A DNA stretch of 64,000 bases from the NCBI GenBank assembly GCA_002269645.1, contig NIVC01001759.1:107723-171722 (forward strand), read 5' to 3'. A model generated the notes under the pieces. The model worked only from the letters and a program-made list of their open reading frames with translations. It did no database searches and had not been told where the DNA came from. Both the position numbers and the translations under genes were made by a program. The DNA is from Macrostomum lignano. Its lineage: Eukaryota. Shown here one piece after another: positions 53,171 to 63,745 of the stretch. Position 1 is the first letter of the stretch. Each line of letters starts with the position of its first letter.

Positions 53171-53573
53171 ATTGTTGGTATCAATTTCGCAGGCTCTCAG
53201 TCTCAAGCACAAGCGCATACGCATACATACGCTCGCATATGCTTTCATTCACAAATCTATCTAACCCTTGCAAATCGTACAGTTCAGTGTACACTGGTCC
53301 GCATGCCTACCAGTACAGGCTGCGTAAAGGCGTACAAGTACACTGCACTCACGCATGCCCACTGGAGCAGTGCGTACACCATTGAGCAAGGAAAATCTGG
53401 ATGGGGGTGTGTGAGACGCATCGCTCAGTGAGAGCACTGCCCGCCCCATGCTCTCTCATCCACACTTCTCTCTCCTCGGTCGGTAATAAAATGGACGGCT
53501 CACAGCAAGAAAGTTTTGAGCGAGCCTGCAATCCAGAGAAGGCCTTTAATTTGCAGAAGAGGCAAATAAAATC

Positions 53574-54192
53574 ATGCCGAATGCCAGGCAGCTGCACATT
53601 CTGCACTTCAACGACGTGTACAACATCGAGCCAGCCGGCCACATCGGCGGCGCTGCCAGGTTCGTCACGGCGCTGCGCTCTTTCGCCGAGCTCCAACCTC
53701 TGGTGCTCTTCTCCGGCGACGTGTTCAGCCCGTCGACTATCAGCACGGCGACCCGCGGCCAGCATCTGGTCCAGGTGCTCAAAGCCTGCAACATCGACGC
53801 CGCGTGTTTTGGCAATCACGACTTCGACTTTGGCGTGGACAATCTGGTGCAGTGCAGCCAGGAGACCGGATTTCCCTGGCTGCTGTCCAACATCATCGAC
53901 AGGGAGACTGGCAGGCCGCTGGCCGAAGGCCTCGAGACCGTCTGCATCGACCATCGCGCCTCCGGACTGCGGATTGGCATCGTGGGTCTGGTGGAGCTGG
54001 AGTGGGTGGATACCCTGTCCACCGTAGACCCGGAGGACATCCGTTTCTTTGATTTCTGCACCCGAGGCGAGCAGCTGGCCGCCAAGCTGAAGTCTGAGCA
54101 GTCCTGCGACCTGGTGATCGCACTGACCCACATGCGCTGGCCTAACGATAGGAAGCTGGCCCGGGCGGCTCACCACATCGACATCATTCTGG
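53574..54192 (+). CDS. 5'-nucleotidase / calcineurin-like metallophosphoesterase (CG11883-like), exon 1
   Basis: Motifs LHILHFNDVYNIE, GGAARF, SGDVFSPS, GNHDFDFG, FPWLLSN, LTHMR and IDIILG. Donor CTGG|gtaggg, phase 1. Confidence 0.93.
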
Positions 54193-54284
54193 GTAGGGCT
54201 CCGGGGACTGCTTGGGATTTTGTAGGATAGGGCTCTGTAGGTAGGGTTCCCTGGGTTTATCCGATTGGTTCTTCCCACAGATTA

Positions 54285-54715
54285 TCTGGTAGGATCTCCG
54301 CTGAGATTATCTGGTAGGATCTCCGCTGAGATTAACTGGTAGGATCTCCCCAGAGATTATCTGGTAGGATTTCCCCTGAGATTATCTTATAGGTTCTCCC
54401 CTGAGATTATCTGATAGGTTCTCGCTTGAGATTATCTGGTAGGATCTCCCCAGAGATTATCTGATAGGTTCTCCCCTAAGATTATCTGATAGGTTCTCCC
54501 CTGAGTTTTTCGGGTGTGGGATCTCATCTGAGATAATCGGGTGGGGCTCTTCCCTAAGATTATCTGGTAGGATCTCCCCTGAGATTATCTGATAGGTTCT
54601 CCCCTGAGATTATCTGATAGGTTCTACCCTGAGTTTTTCGGGTGTGGGATCTCATCTGAGATTATCGGGTGGGGATCTCATCTGGGATTATCGGGTGGGG
54701 ATTTCACCTGAGATA
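54285..54715. repeat. Minisatellite, ~25 bp unit GAGATTATCTGGTAGGATCTCCCCT (nucleotidase intron 1)
   Basis: Degenerate tandem copies. Confidence 0.9.
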
Positions 54716-54804
54716 ATTGGATGGGTTCTCTCGGATTACCTGGGACTATCATGTGGGCTCTAAACTTATAAGATAATAAATAAAACCTCTCTGACACTCG
54801 CAAG

Positions 54805-54998
54805 GCGGTCACGATCACAATTACGGCATCGAGTTTGTGAACAACAGAGCGATCGTGAAGAGCGGCACGGACTTCCGCCAGTTCAGCGTGGTCAGCCTCT
54901 CTATCGATAAGTCTTCGCCACTCGAAGTCAAGATACAGACTGTGGACGTTGACAGCTCGAAATACAGCGAAGATCCGGAGGTGGCCAAGGCTGTTGAG
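54805..54998 (+). CDS. 5'-nucleotidase exon 2
   Basis: Acceptor cgcaag|GC completes the metal-binding GGHDH motif; continues VKSGTDFRQFS...EDPEVAKAVE. Donor GAG|gttagg, phase 0. Confidence 0.9.
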
Positions 54999-55009
54999 GT
55001 TAGGATGTT

Positions 55010-55500
55010 CACTCAATCTAGCCTGGAGATCTATTCTCACTCCATCTGGTCCGGAGGTCTATTCTCACTTCATCTTGTCTGGAAATCTATTCTCACTTCA
55101 TCTTGTCTGGAGATCTATTCTCACTCCATCTTGTCTGGAGATCTATTCTCACTCCATCTTGTCTGGAGATCTATTCTCACTCCATCTGATCCGGAGGTCT
55201 ATTCTCACTCCATCTGGTCTAAATTAAATCTATTCTCACTCTATCTGGTCTGGAGATCTATTCTAACTTTAGCTGGTCTATGGGAAATCTATTCTCACTC
55301 CATCTTGTCTAGAGATCTATTCTAACTTTAGCTGATCTATAGGAAATCTATTCTCGCTCCATCTGGTCCGGAGATCTTTTCTCAATCCATCCATTTGTCT
55401 GGAGAAGATCTGTTCTCACTTTAACTGGTCTATATGAAATCTATTCTCACTCCATCTGGTCTATATGAAATCTATTCTCACTCCATCTTGTCTGGAGATC
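55010..55500. repeat. Minisatellite, ~28 bp unit CTATTCTCACTCCATCTTGTCTGGAGAT (nucleotidase intron 2)
   Basis: Degenerate tandem copies beginning right after the donor site. Confidence 0.92.
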
Positions 55501-55611
55501 CATTATTGAAGTAAGATGTCGAAATAATCAACCTCTTTTTTTCTCAGTTTCTAATCTTTCATTCCATCTCCAGCTAGCATCCAATGTCACCCACCGCTCC
55601 CACCGCCACAG

Positions 55612-55954
55612 AGTCACGTGGAGAACCTGGAGAAGAGCATGCAGCGCGTGCTGGGCCAGGTGGACTGCCCCCTGGAGTGCCGGTTCGAGCACATTCGCAC
55701 CAAGGAGACCAACATGGGAAACTTCATGTGCGACATCGTGCTCACCGCGCTGCAGGCGGACTTCGTGCTGGTCAACTCCGGCTCGTTCAGGGCCGATTGT
55801 GTTGTGCCGGCTGGTGACTTCCGGCTGGGGATCTCAGCCGCCTGTTCCCATGTTGGACCCCCTGGTGGTGATCAGCATCGACGGCCGAACCCTGCTGGCC
55901 GCCCTGGAGAACGGCGTCTCCATGTGGCCCGCGCTGGAGGGCCGATTCCCTCAG
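55612..55954 (+). CDS. 5'-nucleotidase exon 3 (C-terminal domain), with an apparent frameshift
   Basis: cacag|AGT, phase 0. IRTKETNMGNFMCD and NSGSFRAD are followed, in another frame, by PMLDPLVV...LENGVSMWPALEGRFPQ|gttggg. Adding one G at 55827-55830 and one C at 55847-55849 gives FRLGDLSRLFPMLDPL. Confidence 0.88.
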
Positions 55955-55964
55955 GTTGGGTGGA

Positions 55965-57725
55965 ATCCGCCCCTTACTCACATTGAATCCGCCCCTTATT
56001 CACATTGAATCCGCCCCTTAATCACATTGAATCCGCCCCTAACTCTCCATGAATCCGCCCCCTAATTCCCGAAGAAACTTTCTCCTCACTCCCATGAATC
56101 CGCCCCATAACTCTCATGAATCCGCCCCTAACTCCCATGAATCCGCCCCTCAAATCCCATGAATCCGCCCCTCACTCCCCATGAATCCGCCCCTCAGCCC
56201 CTCACTCCCCATGAATCCACCCCTCACTCCCCATGAATCCGCCCCTCACTTCCCATGAATCCGCCCCTCACTCCCCATGAATCCACCCCTCACTCCCCAT
56301 GAATCCGCCCCTCACTCTCCATGAATCCGCCCCTCACTCCCCATGAATCCACCCCTCACTCCCCATGAATCCGCCCCTCAGCCCCTCACTCCCCATGAAT
56401 CCACCCCTCACTCCCCATGAATCCGCCCCTCACTCCCCATGAATCCGCCCTCACTCCCCATGAATCCCCCCTCACTCCCCATGAATCCGCCCCTCACTCC
56501 CCATGAATCCGCCCCTCACTCCCCATGAATCCACCCCTCACTCCCCATGAATCCGCTCCTCACTCCCCATGAATCCGCCCCTCACTCCCCATGAATCCGC
56601 CCCTCACTCCCCATGAATCCGCCCCTCACTCCCCATGAATCCGCCCCTCACTCCCCATGAATCCGCCCCTCACTCATATGAATCCGCCCCTCACTCCCCA
56701 TGAATCCGCCCCTCACTCCCCATGAATCCGCCCCTCACTCCCCATGAATCCGCCCCTCACTCCCCATGAATCCGCCCCTCACTCCCCATGAATCCGCCCC
56801 TCACTCCCCATGAATCCGCCCCTCACTCCCCATGAATCCGCCCCTCACTTCCCATGAATCCGCCCCTCACTTCCCATGAATCCGCCCCTCACTCCCCATG
56901 AATCCGCCCCTCACTTCCCATGAATCCGCCCCTCACTTCCCATGAATCCGCCCCTCACTCCCCATGAATCCGCCCCTCACTCCCCATGAATCCGCCCTCA
57001 CTTCCCATGAATCCGCCCCTCACTTCCCATGAATCCGCCCCTCACTCCCATGAATCCGCCCCTCACTCCCCATGAATCCGCCCCTCACTTCCCATGAATC
57101 CGCCCCTCACTTCCCATGAATCCGCCCCTCACTCCCATGAATCCGCCCCTCACTCTCCATGAATCCGCCCTCACTCCCCATGAATCCGCCCCTCACTTCC
57201 CATGAATCCGCCCCTCACTTCCCATGAATCCGCCCCTCACTTCCCATGAATCCGCCCCTCACTCCCATGAATCCGCCCCTCACTTCCCATGAATCCGCCC
57301 CTCACTTCCCATGAATCCGCCCCTCACTTCCCATGAATCCGCCCCTCACTTCCCATGAATCCGCCCCTCACTCCCATGAATCCGCCCCTCACTCCCCATG
57401 AATCCGCCCCTCACTTCCCATGAATCCGCCCCTCACTTCCCATGAATCCGCCCCTCACTCCCCATGAATCCGCCCCTCACTCTCCATGAATCCGCCCCTC
57501 ACTCCCCATGAATCCGCCCCTCACTTCCCATGAATCCGCCCCTCACTCCCATGAATCCGCCCCTCACTTCCCAAGAATCCGCCCTCACTCCCCATGAATC
57601 CGCCCCTCACTAATCCCCATGAATCCGCCCCTCACTCTCCATGAATCCGCCCCTCACTCCCCATGAATCCGCCCCTCACTCCCCATGAATCCGCCCCTCA
57701 CTTCCCATGAATCCGCCCCTCACTC
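55965..57725. repeat. Minisatellite, 22 bp unit CATGAATCCGCCCCTCACT(C/T)CC (nucleotidase intron 3)
   Basis: About 80 copies filling essentially the whole intron. Confidence 0.97.
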
Positions 57726-57737
57726 CCCTCCGCGCAG

Positions 57738-58332
57738 GTATCCGGCCTGCGCTTCCGCTTCGACGGCACGCGGCCCCCCGGTAGCAGGGTCGACCCATCC
57801 AGCGTCCAAATCGGTGACAAGCCGATGGTTGCCGACACGCAGTACCGCATGGCAACCAAATATTACCTGTACTGCGGCAAGGACGGCTACGACATGCTGC
57901 CCGGCTGCCAGCTGCTGGTCGACGACGAGGACGGCCGGTGTGGAGCGTGGCGGTGCAGAACTACTTCACCGCCAGCGGGGTGCTGCGCGGCTGGCTGCAG
58001 CTGAAGAACCGGCACCGCTGCCGCCTGCGGCCAATGAACCGTCGACTGTCCTGCGTGGTGGACAGCCGGCCGGAGACGGAGCCGGAAACTGCCGGGCCAC
58101 CGCGACCAAGCGGTCCCGGCTGAGAAAAAATCCGCGCGAGAATTGGGCCACTGTGCGCCGGGAGTTCGCGCCCTGCGCCGCGGCAGAATCCAATTCGACT
58201 GATGAGGAGCCGGCTTTTGCGGCGCCGCGGCCGAGCGTGGAGGGCCGCATTGTGGAGACCTCCGGGCTGGCGGCCGGGGACGGGGAAACCGGCCGAGGCG
58301 ATGAAGAGGATCAGCGGGAGGCTGGGGAGTGA
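57738..58332 (+). CDS. 5'-nucleotidase exon 4 (last), with apparent frameshifts
   Basis: cgcgcag|GTA gives VSGLRFRFDGTRPPGSRV...YCGKDGYDML. A -1 shift at CC 57935-57936 continues (P)VWSVAVQNYF, and a further -1 shift near 58060-58120 reaches PSVEGRIVE and stop TGA at 58330-58332. The last shift is inferred. Confidence 0.82.
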
Positions 58333-58431
58333 GGCCGCCAACTGGGAGCCAAAAAACAGCTCAATTCATCAGCTAAATAGGAAATTTTCAGTTTTATTGC
58401 CAATCGAGTCTCGACTCAACTCGGAACAATT

Positions 58432-58492
58432 TGTGTCCTTGAGCAAGACGCTTAACTCTGCATTGCTTCAGTTCACTCAACTGTAAAATGGG
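58432..58492 (+). mobile_element. CORE-SINE-like remnant
   Basis: TGTGTCCTTGAGCAAGACGCTTAACTCTGCATTGCTTCAGTTCACTCAACTGTAAAATGGG resembles the MIR/CORE domain (recalled as GTGACCTTGGGCAAGT-ACTTAAC...CTCAGTTTCCTCATCTGTAAAATGGG). Confidence 0.6.
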
Positions 58493-59226
58493 TGCCAGCA
58501 TTGAGGGTGTGTCTGGCGACCCCCCAGTCACATCTGCTCATAAGGGCAGGTGTAATCAATAATTATATTCCCACTAAAGCGAAAATCGAAGCCAAGGGCC
58601 CCAAGGCGACATCGGGGCCATTCAAAATAGATCCGCATTATTTTGAAGTGCGTCAAAACGGGTCCTTGGTACTAACCAATTACCAGCAAAATTTGCATGA
58701 AGCTAAACAAATATTCTATTTATTAGTTCCTATATTATAATTCAAACTCACACGTCAATCCTACTCATTAGTTAAGTAGTATGCTGTAAGTTTTTTATAG
58801 TTATATTTGCAAAATCAGCTTCCTTGTGCTACTAAATTTTATAATTTTTCACTTGAAAGGTGCTTTGTTTGCCTATGTAATCTCTGGGTTCGTGTGGCTT
58901 CAGTTGTAGAGTAAGATTACGCTTTTTTTTAGATATTAATCAAATTTTAATTAGCTAGATAAAATATTTTAGTAGCATTGGAATAAGCTGCACCCTTTTC
59001 AAATTTGTTTGTCATTCCTTCTGTTAGTTTTTCTATAGTGTCGTATTTTCTTACTGCAACTGTCAATCACCTTCTGCACTACTCGCTCCCATTATGCTGT
59101 GCCCAGATAGAAATTGAAATACAGTCTGCATACTTTTTGCATGCAATTTATGGACACGGATTTCTATCTTGAAAATGGAAGCTGGTAAATATGCTGATCA
59201 TATGTTCGAATTTGGCCCTTTATCTT

Positions 59227-61015
59227 GTACTCCAGTCAGTGTCTCTTCTACTCCAGTCAGTGACTCTTCTACTCCAGTCAGTGTCTCTTCTACTCCAGTC
59301 AGTGACTCTTCTACTCCAGTCAGTGTCTCTTCTACTCCAGTCAGTGACTCTTCTACTCCAGTCAGTGTCTCTTCTACTCCAGTCAGTGACTCTTCTACTC
59401 CAGTCAGTGTCTCTTCTACTCCAGTCAGTGACTCTTCTACTCCAGTCAGTGTCTCTTCTACTCCAGTCAGTGACTCTTCTACTCCAGTCAGTGACTCTTC
59501 TACTCCAGTCAGTGACTCTTCTACTCCAGTCAGTGACTCTTCTACTCCAGTCAGTGTCTCTTCTACTCCAGTCAGTGACTCTTCTACTCCAGTCAGTGTC
59601 TCTTCTACTCCAGTCAGTGTCTCTTCTACTCCAGTCAGTGTCTCTTCTACTCCAGTCAGTGTCTCTTCTACTCCAGTCAGTGTCTCTTCTACTCCAGTCA
59701 GTGTCTCTTCTACTCCAGTCAGTGTCTCTTCTACTCCAGTCAGTGTCTCTTCTACTCCAGTCAGTGACTCTTCTACTCCAGTCAGTGACTCTTCTACTCC
59801 AGTCAGTGTCTCTTCTACTCCAGTCAGTGACTCTTCTACTCCAGTCAGTGACTCTTCTACTCCAGTCAGTGTCTCTTCTACTCCAGTCAGTGACTCTTCT
59901 ACTCCAGTCAGTGACTCTTCTACTCCAGTCAGTGTCTCTTCTACTCCAGTCAGTGACTCTTCTACTCCAGTCAGTGACTCTTCTACTCCAGTCAGTGTCT
60001 CTTCTACTCCAGTCAGTGTCTCTTCTACTCCAGTCAGTGACTCTTCTACTCCAGTCAGTGACTCTTCTACTCCAGTCAGTGACTCTTCTACTCCAGTCAG
60101 TGACTCTTCTACTCCAGTCAGTGTCTCTTCTACTCCAGTCAGTGACTCTTCTACTCCAGTCAGTGACTCTTCTACTCCAGTCAGTGACTCTTCTACTCCA
60201 GTCAGTGACTCTTCTACTCCAGTCAGTGTCTCTTCTACTCCAGTCAGTGTCTCTTCTACTCTCGTCAGTGTCTCTTCTACTCCAGTCAGTGTCTCTTCTA
60301 CTCCAGTCAGTGTCTCTTCTACTCCAGTCAGTGTCTCTTCTACTCCAGTCAGTGACTCTTCTACTCCAGTCAGTGACTCTTCTACTCCAGTCAGTGACTC
60401 TTCTACTCCAGTCAGTGTCTCTTCTACTCCAGTCAGTGACTCTTCTACTCCAGTCAGTGACTCTTCTACTCCAGTCAGTGTCTCTTCTACTCCAGTCAGT
60501 GTCTCTTCTACTCCAGTCAGTGACTCTTCTACTCCAGTCAGTGACTCTTCTACTCCAGTCAGTGTCTCTTCTACTCCAGTCAGTGACTCTTCTACTCCAG
60601 TCAGTGACTCTTCTACTCCAGTCAGTGACTCTTCTACTCCAGTCAGTGACTCTTCTACTCCAGTCAGTGACTCTTCTACTCCAGTCAGTGACTCTTCTAC
60701 TCCAGTCAGTGACTCTTCTACTCCAGTCAGTGACTCTTCTACTCCAGTCAGTGTCTCTTCTACTCCAGTCAGTGACTCTTCTACTCCAGTCAGTGACTCT
60801 TCTACTCCAGTCAGTGACTCTTCTACTCCAGTCAGTGACTCTTCTACTCCAGTCAGTGACTCTTCTACTCCAGTCAGTGACTCTTCTACTCCAGTCAGTG
60901 TCTCTTCTACTCCAGTCAGTGTCTCTTCTACTCCAGTCAGTGTCTCTTCTACTCCAGTCAGTGTCTCTTCTACTCCAGTCAGTGTCTCTTCTACTCCAGT
61001 CAGTGACTCTTCTAC
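59227..61015. repeat. Minisatellite, 21 bp unit CTACTCCAGTCAGTG(T/A)CTCTT, two variants
   Basis: About 85 copies differing almost only at one T/A position; source of the 745, 718 and 604 aa ORFs. Confidence 0.98.
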
Positions 61016-61320
61016 TCCCCCACACTCCAGTCACAGCTCCCCACTCCAGTCACAGCCCCCCACACTCCAGTCACAGCCTCCCCACACTCCAGTCACAGCC
61101 TCCCTCGCACTCCAGTCACAGCCTCCCTCGCACTCCAGTCACAGCCTCCCTCGCACTCCAGTCACAGCCTCCCCACACTCCAGTCACAGCCTCCCTCGCA
61201 CTCCAGTCACAGCCTCCCTCGCACTCCAGTCACAGCCTCCCCACACTCCAGTCACAGCCTCCCTCACACTCCAGTCACAGCCCCAGTCCAGTCACAGCCC
61301 CACTCCAGTCAAAGCCCCAC
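61016..61320. repeat. Minisatellite, ~22 bp unit C(A/G)CACTCCAGTCACAGCCTCCC
   Basis: About 13 copies abutting the 21-bp array and sharing its ACTCCAGTCA core. Confidence 0.9.
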
Positions 61321-62314
61321 TCCAATCACAGTATCTACAGCCAATGACTAGTGTTCACTATCACATTTTAGGTCACTTTTTCAATGGCAGGGACAGTCAG
61401 GGGTAACTCGTATGTGGGCTCCTGCAAATCCAAATTTGCGTTAATATTTCCTGTCCATCATCTGCTCTCTCTGAATACAAATCATCCATATCTTGTGCAA
61501 GCAAAATAGAAAATATAAAATTTTAATGTTAATTTATCACAAGATTTAAAGTACAGATTATCAGATTAGCAGTAAAACAAAAAATCGGGGGAGTTGGGGT
61601 TGAGTTGAGGACTTTACAATGGGTCCATGGTGTCTTGGTACCTTCCGCTGTTGAAGGTCCAGAAGCTCCGCCTGGATGAAGGTCAGTGGCTACCGAAGTC
61701 AGACACATGTGGTCGACGTGCTGATGAAATTTGAAGGCTTGGCAAGGCTGCACTGAGGTGCAGTGCTGATTGGCGCACAGGGGTGTACTGAATACACTGG
61801 CGCTTATGGGAAAAATCCGACCTTCTGGCAGAGTTTTCGAAATACCTTGATGGTCCGGACGGCTGGCGACTTGATTCTTGTTTGAGAAGGTGCGCAACAA
61901 ACCGCTGGCCCGTGTTCTTGAATTTCGTGTGCCTGCATTGCTCCGTTCCCGTTCTCTTGGTTGTTTGACAGGCGGAAAATGGCCGTTAGATTTATTGGTT
62001 TCTGTCCGACACCGACTAAACTGCGGTTATCAGCAACAATAAATCCATAACTTTATTTCATTCAGTCTCGAATAAAGTAAAAATTTGTTTTGGTAAAACA
62101 GCTGAACAGATGTTGAGCAGACTTGAGTCTACAACATACAACGAAATGAGGTCATTTTTCGTCACCTTTTCTTCGCCCTACAGCACCCGGATTTTGCTTT
62201 CATAAGCTCAAAATTTCAATCGTCAAAATTATGAAACTTTTTTAGCTGTCCTGGTGGAAGTGACTGGCTAAGATTTTTCGAGGTTGCGCACTTTGAGATT
62301 GAGCTCATAGGGTG

Positions 62315-62949
62315 CAGGGGCGTCGCCGGGGGTCTTATGGTTGAGGTGGTTGGGGGGGGACAAAGTCAAGAATTCTACATGGACAATATTTTGAGAATAG
62401 GTGTTGTTAGCACTCATTTAGGCGCCCCAGGCAGGCACTCACATTGGCGCCGCAGGCACTCATTTTGGCGCCCCAGGCAGGCACTCACATTGGCGCCGCA
62501 GACACTCATTTTGCGCCCCAGGCAGGCACTCACATTGGCGCTGCAGACACTCATTTTGGCGCCCCAGGCACTCATTTTGGCGCCACAGGCACTCATTTTG
62601 GCGCCACAGGCACTCATTTTGGGCACCACAGGCACTCATTTTGGCGCCACAGGCAAGCACTCATTTTGGCGCCACAGGCACTCATTTTGGCGCCACAGGC
62701 AAGCACTCATTTTGGCGCCACAGGCACTCATTTAGGCGCCCCAGGCAGGCACTCACATTGGCGCCGCAGACACTCATTTTGGCGCCGCAGGCAGACACTT
62801 ATTATGGCGCCACAGGCAGGCACTCATTTGGCGCCGCAGACACTCATTTGGCGCTCTGAAGCAAAACTATTTGATTTCCACAACGGATCACAAAGTGGGG
62901 TGGAGGGGGGCAAAGCGTTGGCGTGTCCCCTATAGTTTTTACGCCCCTG
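62315..62949. mobile_element. hAT-like MITE (635 bp) with internal GGCGCC-containing tandem repeats
   Basis: TIR CAGGGGCGT (62315-62323) / ACGCCCCTG (62941-62949); 8-bp flanks ATAGGGTG / ATGGGGTG (7/8); internal repeats CACTCATTTTGGCGCCACAGG at ~62410-62855. Confidence 0.8.
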
Positions 62950-62952
62950 ATG

Positions 62953-63016
62953 GGGTGGCGGAGCGTCTCTGCGGTGAAGGCCCCTGGTTCGATCCCGTGA
63001 CCGCCCACATTCGTTT
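62953..63016 (+). mobile_element. Putative tRNA-derived SINE head (A-box-like TGGCGGAGCG, B box GGTTCGATCCC)
   Basis: B box at 62986-62996; 30/36 identical to 43934-43969. Confidence 0.4.
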
Positions 63017-63213
63017 GGGACTTCTGCATAAAAACTGGCACACCGGAGCACACCGGAATGGGCCAGAATTGCCATCAGAGCTGGTTGTGGGAGGATGTCG
63101 CCAAAGGCGTTTCGCCAAGGTGGACAACCTAAAAATGAACTGCACAAGTATTTAGGGCGTTGCTGAACAGTTGCAGGATAAAACTCAAACCAAGGTCAGC
63201 GCAGTCCATTGTT

Positions 63214-63530
63214 TCAGAACTCGTCAAATTCCTCGCCGAACTGGTCGAACTGATCGCAGCCGATGTCCTCGCAGCCGATCTCGGTCTCCGGGAACATGCT
63301 GGCCTCCGGGTTGGGCTGGAAGTCCGGCTTGGCGCGTCTGGTTCTGCAACGCGAAGAAGTCGATGGGATCGGCGGAGGAGCCGGAGCTGGCGAAGAACTG
63401 ATGGCCGCGCAGTTCTCTGATGCCGGCGCGGCCGCAGCCGAGGCGGAGATTCAGACGGACGCTCAGCAGGCCGGAGATCATCCCGAACATGTGCTGCTGA
63501 TCGCGATCGCCGCTCTGCCTGACTAACAGC

Positions 63531-63570
<40 letters not shown>

Positions 63571-63745
63571 TGTCATCGCCAAATTTCACGGCCAGCTCCC
63601 GAAGGTCGTGCATGTAGTGAGAGAGGCCTGCGTGGCTGCGCTCGACATTGAACATGGACTGCGCCGTGAGCATCTCGTACATGAGCACACCGAAGGCGCC
63701 AGTAATCCACCGATGTTGAGTAGCCGCTGTACGGATCAAGTCGGG
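63214..63745 (-). CDS. Last exon of a divergent AGC-family (PKA-like) Ser/Thr kinase; partial, with two apparent frameshifts
   Basis: GYSTSVDYW+AFGVLMYEML (subdomain IX), RLGCGRAGIRELRGHQFF (subdomain XI), then KPDFQP...FGEEFDEF-stop (TGA at 63214-63216), an FxxF C-terminus as in PKA-C. Frame changes near 63698 and ~63333. Candidate acceptor cctcag|cc; upstream exons lie outside the window. Confidence 0.8.

Noticed and set aside
59169-61406. 745-aa mucin- or adhesive-like Ser/Thr/Pro protein
   Set aside because: Two plus frames and one minus frame are equally open, there is no signal peptide or synonymous variation, and the ORF is coextensive with a minisatellite.
61620-61950. Protein-like stretches (e.g. 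THVVDVLMKFEG) in unique sequence
   Set aside because: They are interrupted by stops in every frame and match no family I recognise.
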